This document shows positions 53,884-64,000 of a stretch of DNA of 64,000 bases, piece by piece (position 1 is the first letter of the stretch; each line of letters starts with the position of its first letter). The translations under genes were made by a program, and so were the position numbers. This DNA comes from an uncultured delta proteobacterium (lineage in GTDB: Bacteria; Desulfobacterota; Binatia; Binatales; Binataceae), in contig CAWJET010000001.1 of the NCBI GenBank assembly GCA_963842085.1, positions 576,001 to 640,000 on the forward strand, in the 5' to 3' direction. Below the pieces are notes generated by a model. The model worked only from the letters and a program-made list of their open reading frames with translations. It made no database searches and had not been told where the DNA came from.

Positions 53884-54915
53884 TCAGGACAAATTCGCCA
53901 GTTTCAGGCGATAGACCTCCTTTGCCGTGCGATGGAACAGCTGCGCCTTCTCGTCCTTGGTAAAACCCGCCGCGATCTTCTTGAACGCGTTCCACAGCAC
54001 GGCGTACGAGCATGAAACCCGATCGACCGGGAAGTTGCTCTCGAACATACACCTGCGCGGGCCGAAGTGATCGATTGTGTGCAGGTAGTACTCCCGCGTC
54101 GCCGCCACCAGTTCGTCCGAGGTCGGTGGCGCCGGCCTGCGATGCCACCCGAAGCCGTTCACCGGCATGTTGATTCCACCGAGTTTGGCCACGACGTTGG
54201 GGCATCGCGCGAGTTCCGCTATGTTCTTCTTCCACTCGCCGAATATTTCCGCGCGCCGGCCCTCGTAAGGACCGATCCCGAGTGGTCCGCCGAAGTGATC
54301 GAGCACGATTGTCGTATCCGGGAACGCCGTCGCCAGCGCAGTCACCGCCGGCATCTGCGGATGGTACTGCCACGCCTCGAAGCTGAGATTTAAGCCCCGC
54401 AACCTGGCGAAGCCTTCACGAAAACGCGCCGATTCGTACAAATCCGCAGGCGGATTGGTGTGCGAATTGCGCACGTCCGGACTCGCATCGAAACCGCCCG
54501 CATGCCGAATACCGCGGAAGCGCGCGGGCGCCGCCGCGATATGCGCCTGCAAGACCTCTTCGACTGCGGCGCCCAGGGTCAAATCCGCAAAGCCCACGAT
54601 TCCCGACGCGACGCGAGTCTCGCCGTATTGCCCGCTTGCGCTTTGGGCCGCGATGCCGTTGACGAACTCGGTCTCGCCAACCGGCCGCATCGCCTCCGGG
54701 CCGTCCGCGCGATACATCGACATGCATTCGACGAACACCGTCGCGAGCACGCGATGCCCCGAATTGGTGTCGCGCAAGATCTCGTCGAGCATGTAGCGGC
54801 TGTCCGGATGGTCCCACAGGTGATGGTGGGGGTCGACGATCGGCAGCTGGGGTTCGAGCGGAGCCTCGGTGACTTGCGCTAGCCACGCGTCGCGTTCATT
54901 TTCTTTCGTCGCCAT
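53884..54915 (-). CDS. Amidohydrolase family protein
   Basis: DPHHHLWD, LDHFGGP and FESNFPVD. Confidence 0.9.
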   Translation of the reverse strand: MATKENERDAWLAQVTEAPLEPQLPIVDPHHHLWDHPDSRYMLDEILRDTNSGHRVLATVFVECMSMYRADGPEAMRPVGETEFVNGIAAQSASGQYGETRVASGIVGFADLTLGAAVEEVLQAHIAAAPARFRGIRHAGGFDASPDVRNSHTNPPADLYESARFREGFARLRGLNLSFEAWQYHPQMPAVTALATAFPDTTIVLDHFGGPLGIGPYEGRRAEIFGEWKKNIAELARCPNVVAKLGGINMPVNGFGWHRRPAPPTSDELVAATREYYLHTIDHFGPRRCMFESNFPVDRVSCSYAVLWNAFKKIAAGFTKDEKAQLFHRTAKEVYRLKLANLS

Positions 54916-55023
54916 ATCATTCGCCTCTGAACTTCGCCGGACGCTTCGTTACGATCACTATCCCAACTAACATCGGGTGTGATAGCTCGACAATCGCAAT
55001 GCGCGTTCAACACGAGGAGTAAA

Positions 55024-55803
55024 ATGGAGCCACTGAAAAGACTCGAGCGCTCGGTGAAGGGACGGGCTGTGCTCATTACCGGGGCCGCCAGCGGGATGGG
55101 CCGCGCCACCGCTCACTTGTTCGCGCAGGAAGGCGCGCTCGTCGCGGCAACCGATATCAACGAGGCGGGAGTTGCGCGCGTGGTCGAGGAAATTGCCGCC
55201 GCCGGAGGGACCGCGCACGGATGGCGCCTCGACGTGTCGGACGCGGCTGAGATCAAGCGCGTCGTCGCTGAAGTCGCCGCGCACTTCGGCCGTCTCGACA
55301 TCCTCATCAACAACGCCGGCTTCGGTGGCTTCTCCCCGCTCGATGCCAGCGACTACGACCAAATTTGGGACCGCACCCTCGCCGGCTTGCTCACCGCGCA
55401 ACAGCGAATGGTCCGCGCCGCGCTGGTGCATCTGCGCAAGTCCGACGCCGCGCGCATCGTGAACATCGCATCGACCGAGGGCCTCGGCGCAACTCCCGGC
55501 GACAGCCCCTACGCGGTCGCCAAGACGGGAGTCATAGGACTCACACGGGCGCTGGCGGTCGAGCTCGGGCCCGAAGGCATAACCGTCAATTGCATCTGCC
55601 CCGGACCGATTCGCACCGCGCTTACCGACGCGATTCCCGAAGAGCACAAGACGATTTTCGCCAAGCGCCGCACGGCATTGAAGCGATACGGCTATCCGGA
55701 AGAAGTCGCACACATCACGTTCAGCCTCTGCCTTCCCGCCGCTTCGTATATCACGGGCGCGATCATTCCGGTTGACGGGGGCCTGATGATCCGCAACGCA
55801 TAA
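55024..55803 (+). CDS. SDR family oxidoreductase
   Basis: TGAASGMG, NNAG and YAVAK. Confidence 0.92.
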   Translation: MEPLKRLERSVKGRAVLITGAASGMGRATAHLFAQEGALVAATDINEAGVARVVEEIAAAGGTAHGWRLDVSDAAEIKRVVAEVAAHFGRLDILINNAGFGGFSPLDASDYDQIWDRTLAGLLTAQQRMVRAALVHLRKSDAARIVNIASTEGLGATPGDSPYAVAKTGVIGLTRALAVELGPEGITVNCICPGPIRTALTDAIPEEHKTIFAKRRTALKRYGYPEEVAHITFSLCLPAASYITGAIIPVDGGLMIRNA

Positions 55804-55833
55804 CTGTGACAACATCATCGCGGAGGTGTTCCG

Positions 55834-56217
55834 ATGGCTGACGATTCGGCAAAGAAAGGAATGGAGTTGCGAGAGAAGTTGTGGGGCGAGAAGGCCGCCC
55901 GGGACGGCGACGCGTTCCTGAGAAACTTCGACGAAGGGTTCGCCGTCTTTCTCAACGAGCAACTGTTCGGCACTATCTGGAACCGCCCCGGCTTGCCGAT
56001 CAAGTTGCGCTCGCTAATCACGATGACGGTGCTGATGGCGCTCGGGCGCGGGCCTGAGCTTCGACTGCACATGCGCGGAGCGTTGAACCTCGGCATCCCG
56101 CCCGAAGAGATCAAAGAATTGATCGTCCAGGTCTCGCAGTACAGTGGCGTGCCGACCGCAGTCGAAGCGATCCGCGCGTTCAACGAAGTGACTGCCCCAC
56201 CGAAGACTAAGGAGTGA
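55834..56217 (+). CDS. Carboxymuconolactone decarboxylase (PcaC-like)
   Basis: FGTIWNRPGL..RSLIT...HMRGALNLG...YSGVP. Confidence 0.88.
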   Translation: MADDSAKKGMELREKLWGEKAARDGDAFLRNFDEGFAVFLNEQLFGTIWNRPGLPIKLRSLITMTVLMALGRGPELRLHMRGALNLGIPPEEIKELIVQVSQYSGVPTAVEAIRAFNEVTAPPKTKE

Positions 56218-58867
56218 CGTGGGTTCGGCTCCCAGAGCTGCCGAGCAGCGTTTCGAGGTGCGGCAGGGCGTCTTCCAGGGTCGCGTGCTTTTCGATCGCG
56301 TCGAGGAAAGGATCGCGCTTCATGCGTGACATTCGCGGCGGCACGGTCTTGATGTTATAGACCGCCGGATCGAGCGACGGCTTCAGTTCCTTCCAGGTCA
56401 TCGGCGCGGAAACGGGCGCGCCCGGCATCGGCCGCACCGAAAACGGGGCGGCAATAGTCTTGCCGTGGCCGAGTTGCAGGTAGTCGATATACACTCGGCC
56501 ATTGCGCGAGCGAGCATTGCGATTGATAGTGGCTATTTTCGGAATGCGATTGACTACTACTTGCGATACCAACTCCGAGAACATTTTTGCCTGTTCGTAA
56601 GTATATTTCGGCGCCAGACCCACTACCACGTGAAGACCCATTTGGCCCGAAGTCTTGAGACACGGCTCGAGCCCGACTTCGCGCAATACGGCGCCTACCT
56701 CGCGCGCAACTTCGACCGCGTGCCGGGTGGTGCTGCCCTTGGGATCGATATCGAACAGCAGCCAGTCGGGACGTTCGAGATGGACGATGCGCGACGACCA
56801 GATGTGAATCGTGATGGCAGCCAGGTTGGCCACGTAGGCAAGCGCCTCCTCGCTGTCCAGGATGAAATACGAAATCTCGCGCTGCGAGTCCTCGGAATAG
56901 ATCCTCTCGGTGCGAATCCATCGCGGCACAAAGGCGGGCGCGTCTTTCTGATAGAACATCTTGCCCTCGATTCCATCAGGAAACCGCGTCAGCATCACGG
57001 GCCGATCTTTCAAATACGGCAGCATCCATTTCGAAATCGCGCGATAGTACGCGACCAGGTCGCCCTTGGTGTAGCCGTCCGCCGGCCAGAAAACTTTCTC
57101 GGGATTAGTCACCGACGCCTTCGGCTCCAGGGCTGAAGGTGTCGCGGCCTTGGCGCGTCCTTTGCGAGCTTTCACGTCGGCGCCTCCGTTCTGAGCAGGA
57201 CCGGGAGCCTCTTCGTTTTCGATATCGTCCGGCGCGTCCGAGCGCACGCCGGGACCGTCGTAGATGCAATCCCGGGGATCGACGTCCTCGGCCATGCCCA
57301 TGAAGCTGGGCTGGCGGATACCGCCGCTGTCTGTCCATTCGGTGAAACGAACGTTGCAAACCAGTTCCGGCCGCACGAAATGCGCGCCTTTTTCGGGCGT
57401 CGGTTCTCCCGCGGCCGGTTTGCGGAACGGCGACGCCGATTGCGCGCGCTCCGCGAGCATCGTGTGGATTTTGCGCAGGGTGTCCTGATTGAAGCCGGTG
57501 CCGACCTTGTCGGTATAGCGCAACGCGCCGGCGGAGTCGTATTGACCGAGCAGCAACGCGCCGAAATGAGTGCGGGTGCCGTCGGGGTCGCTGTAGCCGC
57601 CGATCACGAAATGTTCGGTCAACGGGCGTTTGATCTTGAGCCAATCTCCGGTGCGCGTCCCGCGATAAGGAGCGGCGCGCAATTTGGCGACCACTCCTTC
57701 CAGCTCATGCTCCGATATCGCGGCGTAGAAATCCCTGCCGCGTCCGATAACGTGATCGCAATAGCGAACCGGCCCCTCGCCGTGGAGCAGTTCTCGGAGA
57801 AGACGCTTGCGTTCTTCGAGCGGCAGCGTGCGCGTGTCGAAACGATCGAAGCCCAGCAGATCGAAAACGTAGTATGCGACCGGGACCGCGAGGCTCAGCC
57901 GGGCGATTTGCCGGGCATTGTTGACGTGCATTCTTCTTTGCAGGAGCTGAAAACTCGGACGCCCGCGCTCGTCCGGCGCGACGATCTCGCCGTCGAGCAC
58001 GAACCGATCGAGCGCGATCGAGTTGAGCGCGAGCACCACCTCCGGATATCGATTAGTAATGTCGGTGCCGCTGCGCGCGTACAAGTGAGTATTCTCGCCT
58101 TCCCGAATAGCCAGTACGCGCACGCCGTCGTACTTGATTTCGAATAGCCACTTGTCATTGTCGAAAGACTCGTCAACTGTCTTGGCGAGCGTTAAAGGGA
58201 AGTCCGAATGCCTGAGTTTGCTGCCCAGTTCCGGAAGATGCTGGCGCGCAAGTTTGTCGGCAACCCGGCGCTCGGCGGCCGGCGCCCCGGCCAATTCCTC
58301 GATCGTCAAGCCCGACAGGACCGAGCGCGGATGCGCCTCCAGAACGTCGTCGGTCGTCGCGTACTGGTCGCGCTTCTTGATCAGGAGCCAGTTCCGCTGG
58401 TCATTCGTGCCGCTATTGCGACGCCCGCCCGTGCGCACGAGCGTGAACGCGCCGTTGAGCTTGAAGCCGTGCAAGTTGAGGTCGATTTTGCCGTTGCGGA
58501 CCGCCTCGGCCGCGTCGCCGGGCGGGTCGATGACATCGTACACGCCGCGATCCCACACGATGACCGAGCCCGCGCCGTAGTTGCCCGGCGGAATGACGCC
58601 CTCGAAGTCGCCGTACTCCAGCGGATGGTCTTCGACGGCGACCGCAAGATGCTTGTCGGCGGGATTGAGCGAGGGGCCTTTGGGCACCGCCCACGAACGC
58701 AAAACGCCTTCCATCTCGAGTCGAAAATCGTAGTGGAGGCGCCGCGCCGCATGCTTCTGAACGACGAAGGTGCCGCCGGTGGTAGGAACGGGGCCCGGAA
58801 CCTCGCGTCCGAACGGTTCCGGAGTGTGTTCCGCGCTTCGTTTGCTCCGGTATTTGCTCAGCGGCAT
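56207..58867 (-). CDS. ligD: NHEJ DNA ligase D (phosphoesterase-ligase-polymerase)
   Basis: FVVQKHAARRLHYDFRLE, EIKYDG, EGVVAK, FDIDP and KTSGQMGLH. Confidence 0.95.
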   Translation of the reverse strand: MPLSKYRSKRSAEHTPEPFGREVPGPVPTTGGTFVVQKHAARRLHYDFRLEMEGVLRSWAVPKGPSLNPADKHLAVAVEDHPLEYGDFEGVIPPGNYGAGSVIVWDRGVYDVIDPPGDAAEAVRNGKIDLNLHGFKLNGAFTLVRTGGRRNSGTNDQRNWLLIKKRDQYATTDDVLEAHPRSVLSGLTIEELAGAPAAERRVADKLARQHLPELGSKLRHSDFPLTLAKTVDESFDNDKWLFEIKYDGVRVLAIREGENTHLYARSGTDITNRYPEVVLALNSIALDRFVLDGEIVAPDERGRPSFQLLQRRMHVNNARQIARLSLAVPVAYYVFDLLGFDRFDTRTLPLEERKRLLRELLHGEGPVRYCDHVIGRGRDFYAAISEHELEGVVAKLRAAPYRGTRTGDWLKIKRPLTEHFVIGGYSDPDGTRTHFGALLLGQYDSAGALRYTDKVGTGFNQDTLRKIHTMLAERAQSASPFRKPAAGEPTPEKGAHFVRPELVCNVRFTEWTDSGGIRQPSFMGMAEDVDPRDCIYDGPGVRSDAPDDIENEEAPGPAQNGGADVKARKGRAKAATPSALEPKASVTNPEKVFWPADGYTKGDLVAYYRAISKWMLPYLKDRPVMLTRFPDGIEGKMFYQKDAPAFVPRWIRTERIYSEDSQREISYFILDSEEALAYVANLAAITIHIWSSRIVHLERPDWLLFDIDPKGSTTRHAVEVAREVGAVLREVGLEPCLKTSGQMGLHVVVGLAPKYTYEQAKMFSELVSQVVVNRIPKIATINRNARSRNGRVYIDYLQLGHGKTIAAPFSVRPMPGAPVSAPMTWKELKPSLDPAVYNIKTVPPRMSRMKRDPFLDAIEKHATLEDALPHLETLLGSSGSRTHVTP

Positions 58868-58917
58868 TGCTGGAAGCGCGATTCTGACCGGTCGATTACA
58901 GGCGAAAAAAGCGATTC

Positions 58918-58995
58918 ATACCATATGTTGTGGTCTTCCGACGGTTTCACTACCATCGGTAGCTTCGTTCCGTCAGAAATTATTTCGGCCGCGGG
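58918..58995. repeat. Dispersed ~75-bp element, copy 2
   Basis: ATACCATATGTTGTGG...CACTACCATCGGTAGCTTCGTTCCGTCAGAAATTATTT. Confidence 0.6.
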
Positions 58996-59117
58996 CGGGC
59001 GTCGGCCGGTTGAGGGTGACCGTGGCGAGTATCCGGCATCCTGATGCATGCCGTACGCGTAGCACAGAAAATGCACCTTCGTCAGGCTGAACAGTTCATC
59101 CCCGAGCCCCGCGCGAT

Positions 59118-59999
59118 TCAGCGGGCGCGGCGGCTGTGTGGCGCCCGGCGCGAGCCCTGCGCGACCTTGCGCTCCTCGCGTTCCGAGGCAGCAGGCGCCT
59201 CTTCGCGATCCTCGTTGACCGCGACGCCACGCTTTTTGAGCGATTCCTTGAGCGCGCTCATCAGATCGATGACCTTGCCCTGGCGCACTTCGGGCGCCGG
59301 CTCGGTCAACTCGTGGCCGGCGAGCTTCTGCTCGGCCGCCTCGATCACGCGCTCACGGTAATTGTCCTTGAACTCGGACGGATCAAATTTTTTCTGAGTC
59401 AGATCGTCGAGCAGCCGCTGCGCCAGCCCCAGTTCCGATTCCTTCACCGGAGCGTTGGCGCCGTGATCGATCTCGCCGAACGACCGGATCTCATCGTTGT
59501 AGTACATCGTATGCAGCATCAGGCCGCCTTCGTAGGGACGTATCAGGACGATCCGTTCCTTGCCGCGCATGGTGAATTTTGCGACCCCGACCCGTCCCGC
59601 CTTGGTCATCGCTTCCTGCAGCAGATGGTAGGCCTTGGCCGAAGTCGGTTCGCATCCGAGCAGGTATGAATTCTCGAAATACACGGGATCGACTTCCGAC
59701 GCGGGAATGAAGCCGGTTATCTCGACCGCGCGATCGGCCTGGGCCTCGAGCTTTTTCAGTTCCTCGTCGGTAAAGGTGACGTATCGATCTTTCTCGATCT
59801 CGTAGCCGCGGACCAACTCGCTTCGATCGACGAGCTTGTCTTCCTTGGGACAATAGATCTTCTGCTGAATCCGGCTCATGTCCTTCGCATGCAGCAGATG
59901 GAAGCTGACCGATTTGGAACTCGTCGCCGGGAACAATCTAACCGGGATGGATACGAGTCCGAACGTGAGACTGGCGGTTGATAACGAACGAGCCGGCAT
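59118..59999 (-). CDS. ku: NHEJ Ku protein
   Basis: TFGLVSIPV, LVRGYE, DPVYFENSY and VIDLMSALKESL. Confidence 0.95.
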   Translation of the reverse strand: MPARSLSTASLTFGLVSIPVRLFPATSSKSVSFHLLHAKDMSRIQQKIYCPKEDKLVDRSELVRGYEIEKDRYVTFTDEELKKLEAQADRAVEITGFIPASEVDPVYFENSYLLGCEPTSAKAYHLLQEAMTKAGRVGVAKFTMRGKERIVLIRPYEGGLMLHTMYYNDEIRSFGEIDHGANAPVKESELGLAQRLLDDLTQKKFDPSEFKDNYRERVIEAAEQKLAGHELTEPAPEVRQGKVIDLMSALKESLKKRGVAVNEDREEAPAASEREERKVAQGSRRAPHSRRAR

Positions 60000-60244
60000 G
60001 ACTTGAAACCTCCCACGCGGGTATTAGGGCAAATCGTACAGTAAATCGTGTTCCCGGACGCTTAACCGTCAACTTTCCCCGGACCTGCCTTCTTATATTT
60101 CGCCGCGAGCGAAATCCAGTAGGGGCAGTCGGGTTGGTGCTTCAAGATTATCGTGAGAAATCCGCTGAGTCACCTGGGAAGGCCAAAATATTGAAATAAA
60201 ACGGGGCTCTTCAGGCGAGCGGGAGTCGCGATGGGCCGGATGAC

Positions 60245-61174
60245 ATGCGCCGCGAGTTCGACTATTTTGCGGACCGGATGGCGACGCGCGGCACTGCCGG
60301 CGGGGTATTTTCATTCCCCGAGGATCTTTCTTACGCGCGTCAAATTGCGCGCTTGATTCGCGCTCCTTTGTGCCGAATTTCGACCCATCAGTTCCCGGAC
60401 GGGGAGACGCTCACCAGCATCCAACGGGTCCATGCTCGTGCGGAAGCGATTTTGGTGCGGCGGTTGGACCACCCGAACTCGAAAATCGCGGATACGTTGT
60501 TCGTTGTCGATGCTCTGAGACGCGGCGGCGCACGGGAAATAACCCTAGCGGTCCCCTACTTCCCCTACTTGAGGCAGGACAAGGTCTTTCACCGCGGCCA
60601 GGCGCTTTCAGCAAAGGTCTTTGGCGACCTTATCGGGAATAGCTTCGAGCGCGTGATGACGATCGATCCGCATCTTCATCGCCTACGTGCTTTGAGCGAT
60701 GCGATCCCGTGTCGAACGCTACGCTTGTCCGCGGCTGATCCGATCGCTAACTGGGTGCGCCGCAATTGTCCTCAGGCGGTGGTGGTGGGTCCCGATATCG
60801 AATCGACCGACCTCGTTCGAAATGTTGCCGAAGCCGCACGAGCGGAATGGATCGCCGGGCGCAAGCGCCGCCTCGCCGACAGAAGCGTTATCGTCGAATT
60901 CGATGGATTGCGGATTACCGGAGGCGCCGTCATAGTCGATGACATCGGGAGCACCGGCGTGACGCTGGCGGCAGTCGCCAAGACGCTTCGCTCGCACGGT
61001 TTCGGTCCGATTGATGCGGTGGTTGTGCATGGGTTGTTTGCGAAAGACGCGATCGGGCGAATTCGGCGCGCCGGAATCCGACGGATTGTTTCATCCGACA
61101 GTGTCGTCCATTCGACCAACGCGATTAAGACGGCGCCGCTGATGGCTCAAGCACTGATGAGAACCGCTTCGTGA
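60245..61174 (+). CDS. prs: Ribose-phosphate pyrophosphokinase family
   Basis: FPDGE, PYFPYLRQD, DPH, GPD and VDDIGSTG. Confidence 0.85.
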   Translation: MRREFDYFADRMATRGTAGGVFSFPEDLSYARQIARLIRAPLCRISTHQFPDGETLTSIQRVHARAEAILVRRLDHPNSKIADTLFVVDALRRGGAREITLAVPYFPYLRQDKVFHRGQALSAKVFGDLIGNSFERVMTIDPHLHRLRALSDAIPCRTLRLSAADPIANWVRRNCPQAVVVGPDIESTDLVRNVAEAARAEWIAGRKRRLADRSVIVEFDGLRITGGAVIVDDIGSTGVTLAAVAKTLRSHGFGPIDAVVVHGLFAKDAIGRIRRAGIRRIVSSDSVVHSTNAIKTAPLMAQALMRTAS

Positions 61175-62568
61175 AAGCCCCGGGTCCGATTCTGCGATTC
61201 CTCGGGGCGGCAGGCACGGTCACGGGCAGCAAGTTTCTGCTGACGGGCGGCGATCGCCGCATGCTGGTCGATTGCGGCCTGTTCCAGGGGCTCAAGCAGC
61301 TCCGCCTGATGAATTGGCAACCGCTGCCGGTCGACGTGCACGACATCGATGCGGTGCTGCTGACGCATGCGCACCTGGATCACAGCGGCTACCTGCCGGC
61401 GCTGGTGCGCGACGGTTTTCGCGGGAAGGTGATTTCGACGCCGGGAACCCAGTCCTTGTGCCGGATCCTTCTTCCGGACAGCGGTCATCTCCAGGAGGAA
61501 GAGGCCGACTATGCGAACGCCAAAGGATATTCCAAGCACACGCCTGCGCTGCCGCTCTACACCGAAAAAGACGCGTGGAATTCGCTCGATTGTTTTTCGC
61601 CGGTGGAATTCGACACCAGGGTCGACCTGGGCCCAATAACTGCGCAGTTTCTGCATGCCGGGCATATTCTCGGAGCATCGCTGATAAGTATCGAGATAGA
61701 CGCTCCCCGCAGAAAAAGAATCCTCTTCACGGGCGACCTGGGACGTCCGACTCATCCGATCCTGCGCGCTCCCGCGCCGCCGCCCGCCGCCGACGTGATC
61801 GTGATCGAATCCACCTACGGCGATCGGATTCATGACGATGCCGCGTCGCAGCAACGTTTCGAAGATGCGATTTCAAAAACGATCGAGCGCGCCGGCGTCG
61901 TCATCATTCCGTCCTTTGCCGTCGACCGCACCGAGGTCATCCTGCACCAGCTGGCGCGCTTGCGCGAAGGCGGGCGAATCCCACGTACGCCGACCTTCGT
62001 CGACAGCCCGATGGCGCTGGCCGCGCTGAAGATTTACGAAGAATCCATCGCCCGTGGCAGCCCCGAAGTCCGCGCCGATATCGTGCACGCAAAGAACTTC
62101 TTCAACGATCAGGACCTGACCGAGATCAAGACCGTGCAGGAATCGATACGGCTGAACTCGATGCCGGGACCGATGATCATCATCTCGGCGTCGGGAATGG
62201 CGTCGGGCGGCCGCGTCCTTCATCATCTCAAGAGACGCCTGCCCGACCGCCGCAACACGGTGATTCTCGTCGGGTACCAGGCCGCGGGAACCCGCGGCAG
62301 ATCGCTGCTCGACGGCGCTCGAATGGTGAAGATGCTGGGAGACTACGTACCGGTCGCCGCGGAAATCGTCGATGTCCCCGGCTTCTCGTCGCATGCCGAT
62401 CAGCGGGAAATCCTCAACTGGCTGAAGCTCGCCCCGGTTGCGCCGCAGATCGTCTATATCGTTCACGGTGAGCCACCGGCGTCCGAAGCGCTGCGTGAGC
62501 GCATCGCGCACGAGCTGGGATGGAATGCCGTGGTGCCGCGCAATCTCGAGCAGGTGCGTATAGGCTAA
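61171..62568 (+). CDS. MBL-fold beta-CASP ribonuclease
   Basis: GAAGTVTGS, THAHLDH, ESTYG, ASGMASGGR, SSHAD and VHGE. Confidence 0.92.
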   Translation: MKAPGPILRFLGAAGTVTGSKFLLTGGDRRMLVDCGLFQGLKQLRLMNWQPLPVDVHDIDAVLLTHAHLDHSGYLPALVRDGFRGKVISTPGTQSLCRILLPDSGHLQEEEADYANAKGYSKHTPALPLYTEKDAWNSLDCFSPVEFDTRVDLGPITAQFLHAGHILGASLISIEIDAPRRKRILFTGDLGRPTHPILRAPAPPPAADVIVIESTYGDRIHDDAASQQRFEDAISKTIERAGVVIIPSFAVDRTEVILHQLARLREGGRIPRTPTFVDSPMALAALKIYEESIARGSPEVRADIVHAKNFFNDQDLTEIKTVQESIRLNSMPGPMIIISASGMASGGRVLHHLKRRLPDRRNTVILVGYQAAGTRGRSLLDGARMVKMLGDYVPVAAEIVDVPGFSSHADQREILNWLKLAPVAPQIVYIVHGEPPASEALRERIAHELGWNAVVPRNLEQVRIG

Positions 62569-62574
62569 CGATCC

Positions 62575-64000
62575 GTGGCGCACTTCCGGCTGAAACATCT
62601 ACCGCTCGATACGCTGCGCGAGCACGTGATTGTAGTTCACGAGCGCGCGGTCCGCAGTGGAGAGCTGGGGCTACACCCGCTCGACCGCGCACGTGTCTTC
62701 GGCATCGATAGCGAAACCGGCAAACAGCGCGAAATCACCGGCGTCCTGAACGTCTGCAACGACCTCTTGCTCGAAGCCGACGAAATCGGACTCTCGGAGG
62801 AAGCATTTCGCGATCTCGGCTTGCCCGATGGCGCCGAGGTGGGGGCGACCCTCGCGGTTGCGCCGGCAAGCGTGGACTTCGTCCGGGCCAAGCTTCGGGG
62901 AAAACACCTGAGGCGGGAGGATTTCGATGCGATCCTGACTGACGTTGCGGCCCGGCGCTATTCACGCATCGAACTTTCGATGTTCGTGTTGGGTTGCGCC
63001 TTTCAGAAATTTGATCTGTCGGAATTGAGGGACTACACGCTGGCGATGATCGCCACTGGCGAGCAGCTCACTTTCGGCGACTCGATTGTCGCCGACAAGC
63101 ACTGCATCGGCGGTGTTCCCGGCAACCGAACCACCATGATCCTGGTTCCGATTCTCGCGGAACTCGGACTCAAAATTCCCAAGACTTCCTCGCGCGCGAT
63201 AACGAGCCCTGCAGGCACCGGCGACACGATGGCGGTGCTGGCAGACGTCGCGCTCTCGCCTGAACGGTTGTATCGGGTTGTCGAGGAAGTCGGCGGATGC
63301 ATCGCGTGGGGCGGCGCGCTCGAGTTGGCGCCGGCTGACGACATCCTTATCACGGTCGAGCGCCCGATGGAGATCGACACTGAGGCGCAGATGGTCGCCT
63401 CGATTCTCGCCAAGAAAAAAACCGCCGGCGCGACGCACGTTCTGATCGATATACCCGTCGGGTCTTCGGCCAAGGTGAAAACTCCCGAACTCGCCCGGCA
63501 TGTCGCAGAGTTGTTCAAGGCCGTGGGCGAGCGGATCGGCCTGCGGCTCGAGATCGTGACCACCAGCGCGCTCGGGCCGATCGGCTACGGCATCGGGCCG
63601 CGACTGGAAGCGCTCGACGTCCTTTCGGTCCTCCGATGCGAACCCGGTGCGCCCGCCGATCTGCGCGAAAAGTCACTGATGCTGGCCGGGCGTCTGCTGG
63701 AAATGACCGGCGCCGAGCCCCCCTCGCGCGGCTATGAGGCGGCTCGCCGGACACTCGATTCCGGCGCTGCTCTCAAAAGGTTCGACCGAATCGTTGCCGC
63801 GCAGGGACGTCGCGAGATTCCTCCCGAAGCGCCCTGGCGCCGAAGCTTTGCGGCTGGACAAGCCGGCAGGATTGCGCAGATTGACTGCTGGCAAATTTCG
63901 CGCGTAGCAAAACGCGCCGGCGCACCTTCAAATGCGTCGGCAGGTGTGAAGCTGTACAAAAGCGTCGGCGATACTGTGGCGCGGGGCGAGCCGATTTTCG
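62575..64000 (+). CDS. AMP/thymidine phosphorylase family protein (3' partial; absent from ORF track)
   Basis: Manual translation from GTG 62575: DKHCIGGVPGNRTT, PKTSSRAITSPAGTGDTM and QMVASILAKK. Confidence 0.9.
   Translation, partial: MAHFRLKHLPLDTLREHVIVVHERAVRSGELGLHPLDRARVFGIDSETGKQREITGVLNVCNDLLLEADEIGLSEEAFRDLGLPDGAEVGATLAVAPASVDFVRAKLRGKHLRREDFDAILTDVAARRYSRIELSMFVLGCAFQKFDLSELRDYTLAMIATGEQLTFGDSIVADKHCIGGVPGNRTTMILVPILAELGLKIPKTSSRAITSPAGTGDTMAVLADVALSPERLYRVVEEVGGCIAWGGALELAPADDILITVERPMEIDTEAQMVASILAKKKTAGATHVLIDIPVGSSAKVKTPELARHVAELFKAVGERIGLRLEIVTTSALGPIGYGIGPRLEALDVLSVLRCEPGAPADLREKSLMLAGRLLEMTGAEPPSRGYEAARRTLDSGAALKRFDRIVAAQGRREIPPEAPWRRSFAAGQAGRIAQIDCWQISRVAKRAGAPSNASAGVKLYKSVGDTVARGEPIF

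Overview
GC-rich bacterial chromosome. The gene content and MreB style suggest a Deltaproteobacteria-like or Candidatus Binatota-type soil organism; this is inference only. (1) Positions ~1-14,480 are an accessory region ending in a tyrosine integrase that runs into tRNA-Lys(CTT), the last gene of a minus-strand Pro-Arg-His-Lys tRNA operon. It looks like a decaying phage-satellite or prophage-like element. It has a divergent regulator pair, Xis-like HTHs, a primase-type Zn finger, a DUF3987/YfjI replication protein with inverted iteron-like repeats, an HTH-integrase fusion, a terminase C-terminal remnant, an HTH/PIN toxin-antitoxin pair split by an IS5, and an IS3 without target duplication. 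At the far left is an orphan mreB with no mreC, plus a stand-alone sigma70 region-4 protein. The second att site is not in the window. (2) Positions ~15-56 kb hold lipid/CoA catabolic genes: P450s, CoA transferases, ECH, ACAD, MaoC, a CitE-like lyase, amidohydrolases and SDRs. Within them are a candidate sigma54-driven C-rich sRNA, a sigma54-driven small hypothetical gene, a GNAT-like synthase + desaturase operon divergent from an orphan ImmA/IrrE-like peptidase, REP-like repeats and an IS5-type MITE. (3) Positions 56-64 kb carry NHEJ genes (ligD, ku) and a prs / MBL RNase / AMP-thymidine phosphorylase operon. Several single frameshifts may be assembly errors. All calls come from reading the sequence; no database search was run.
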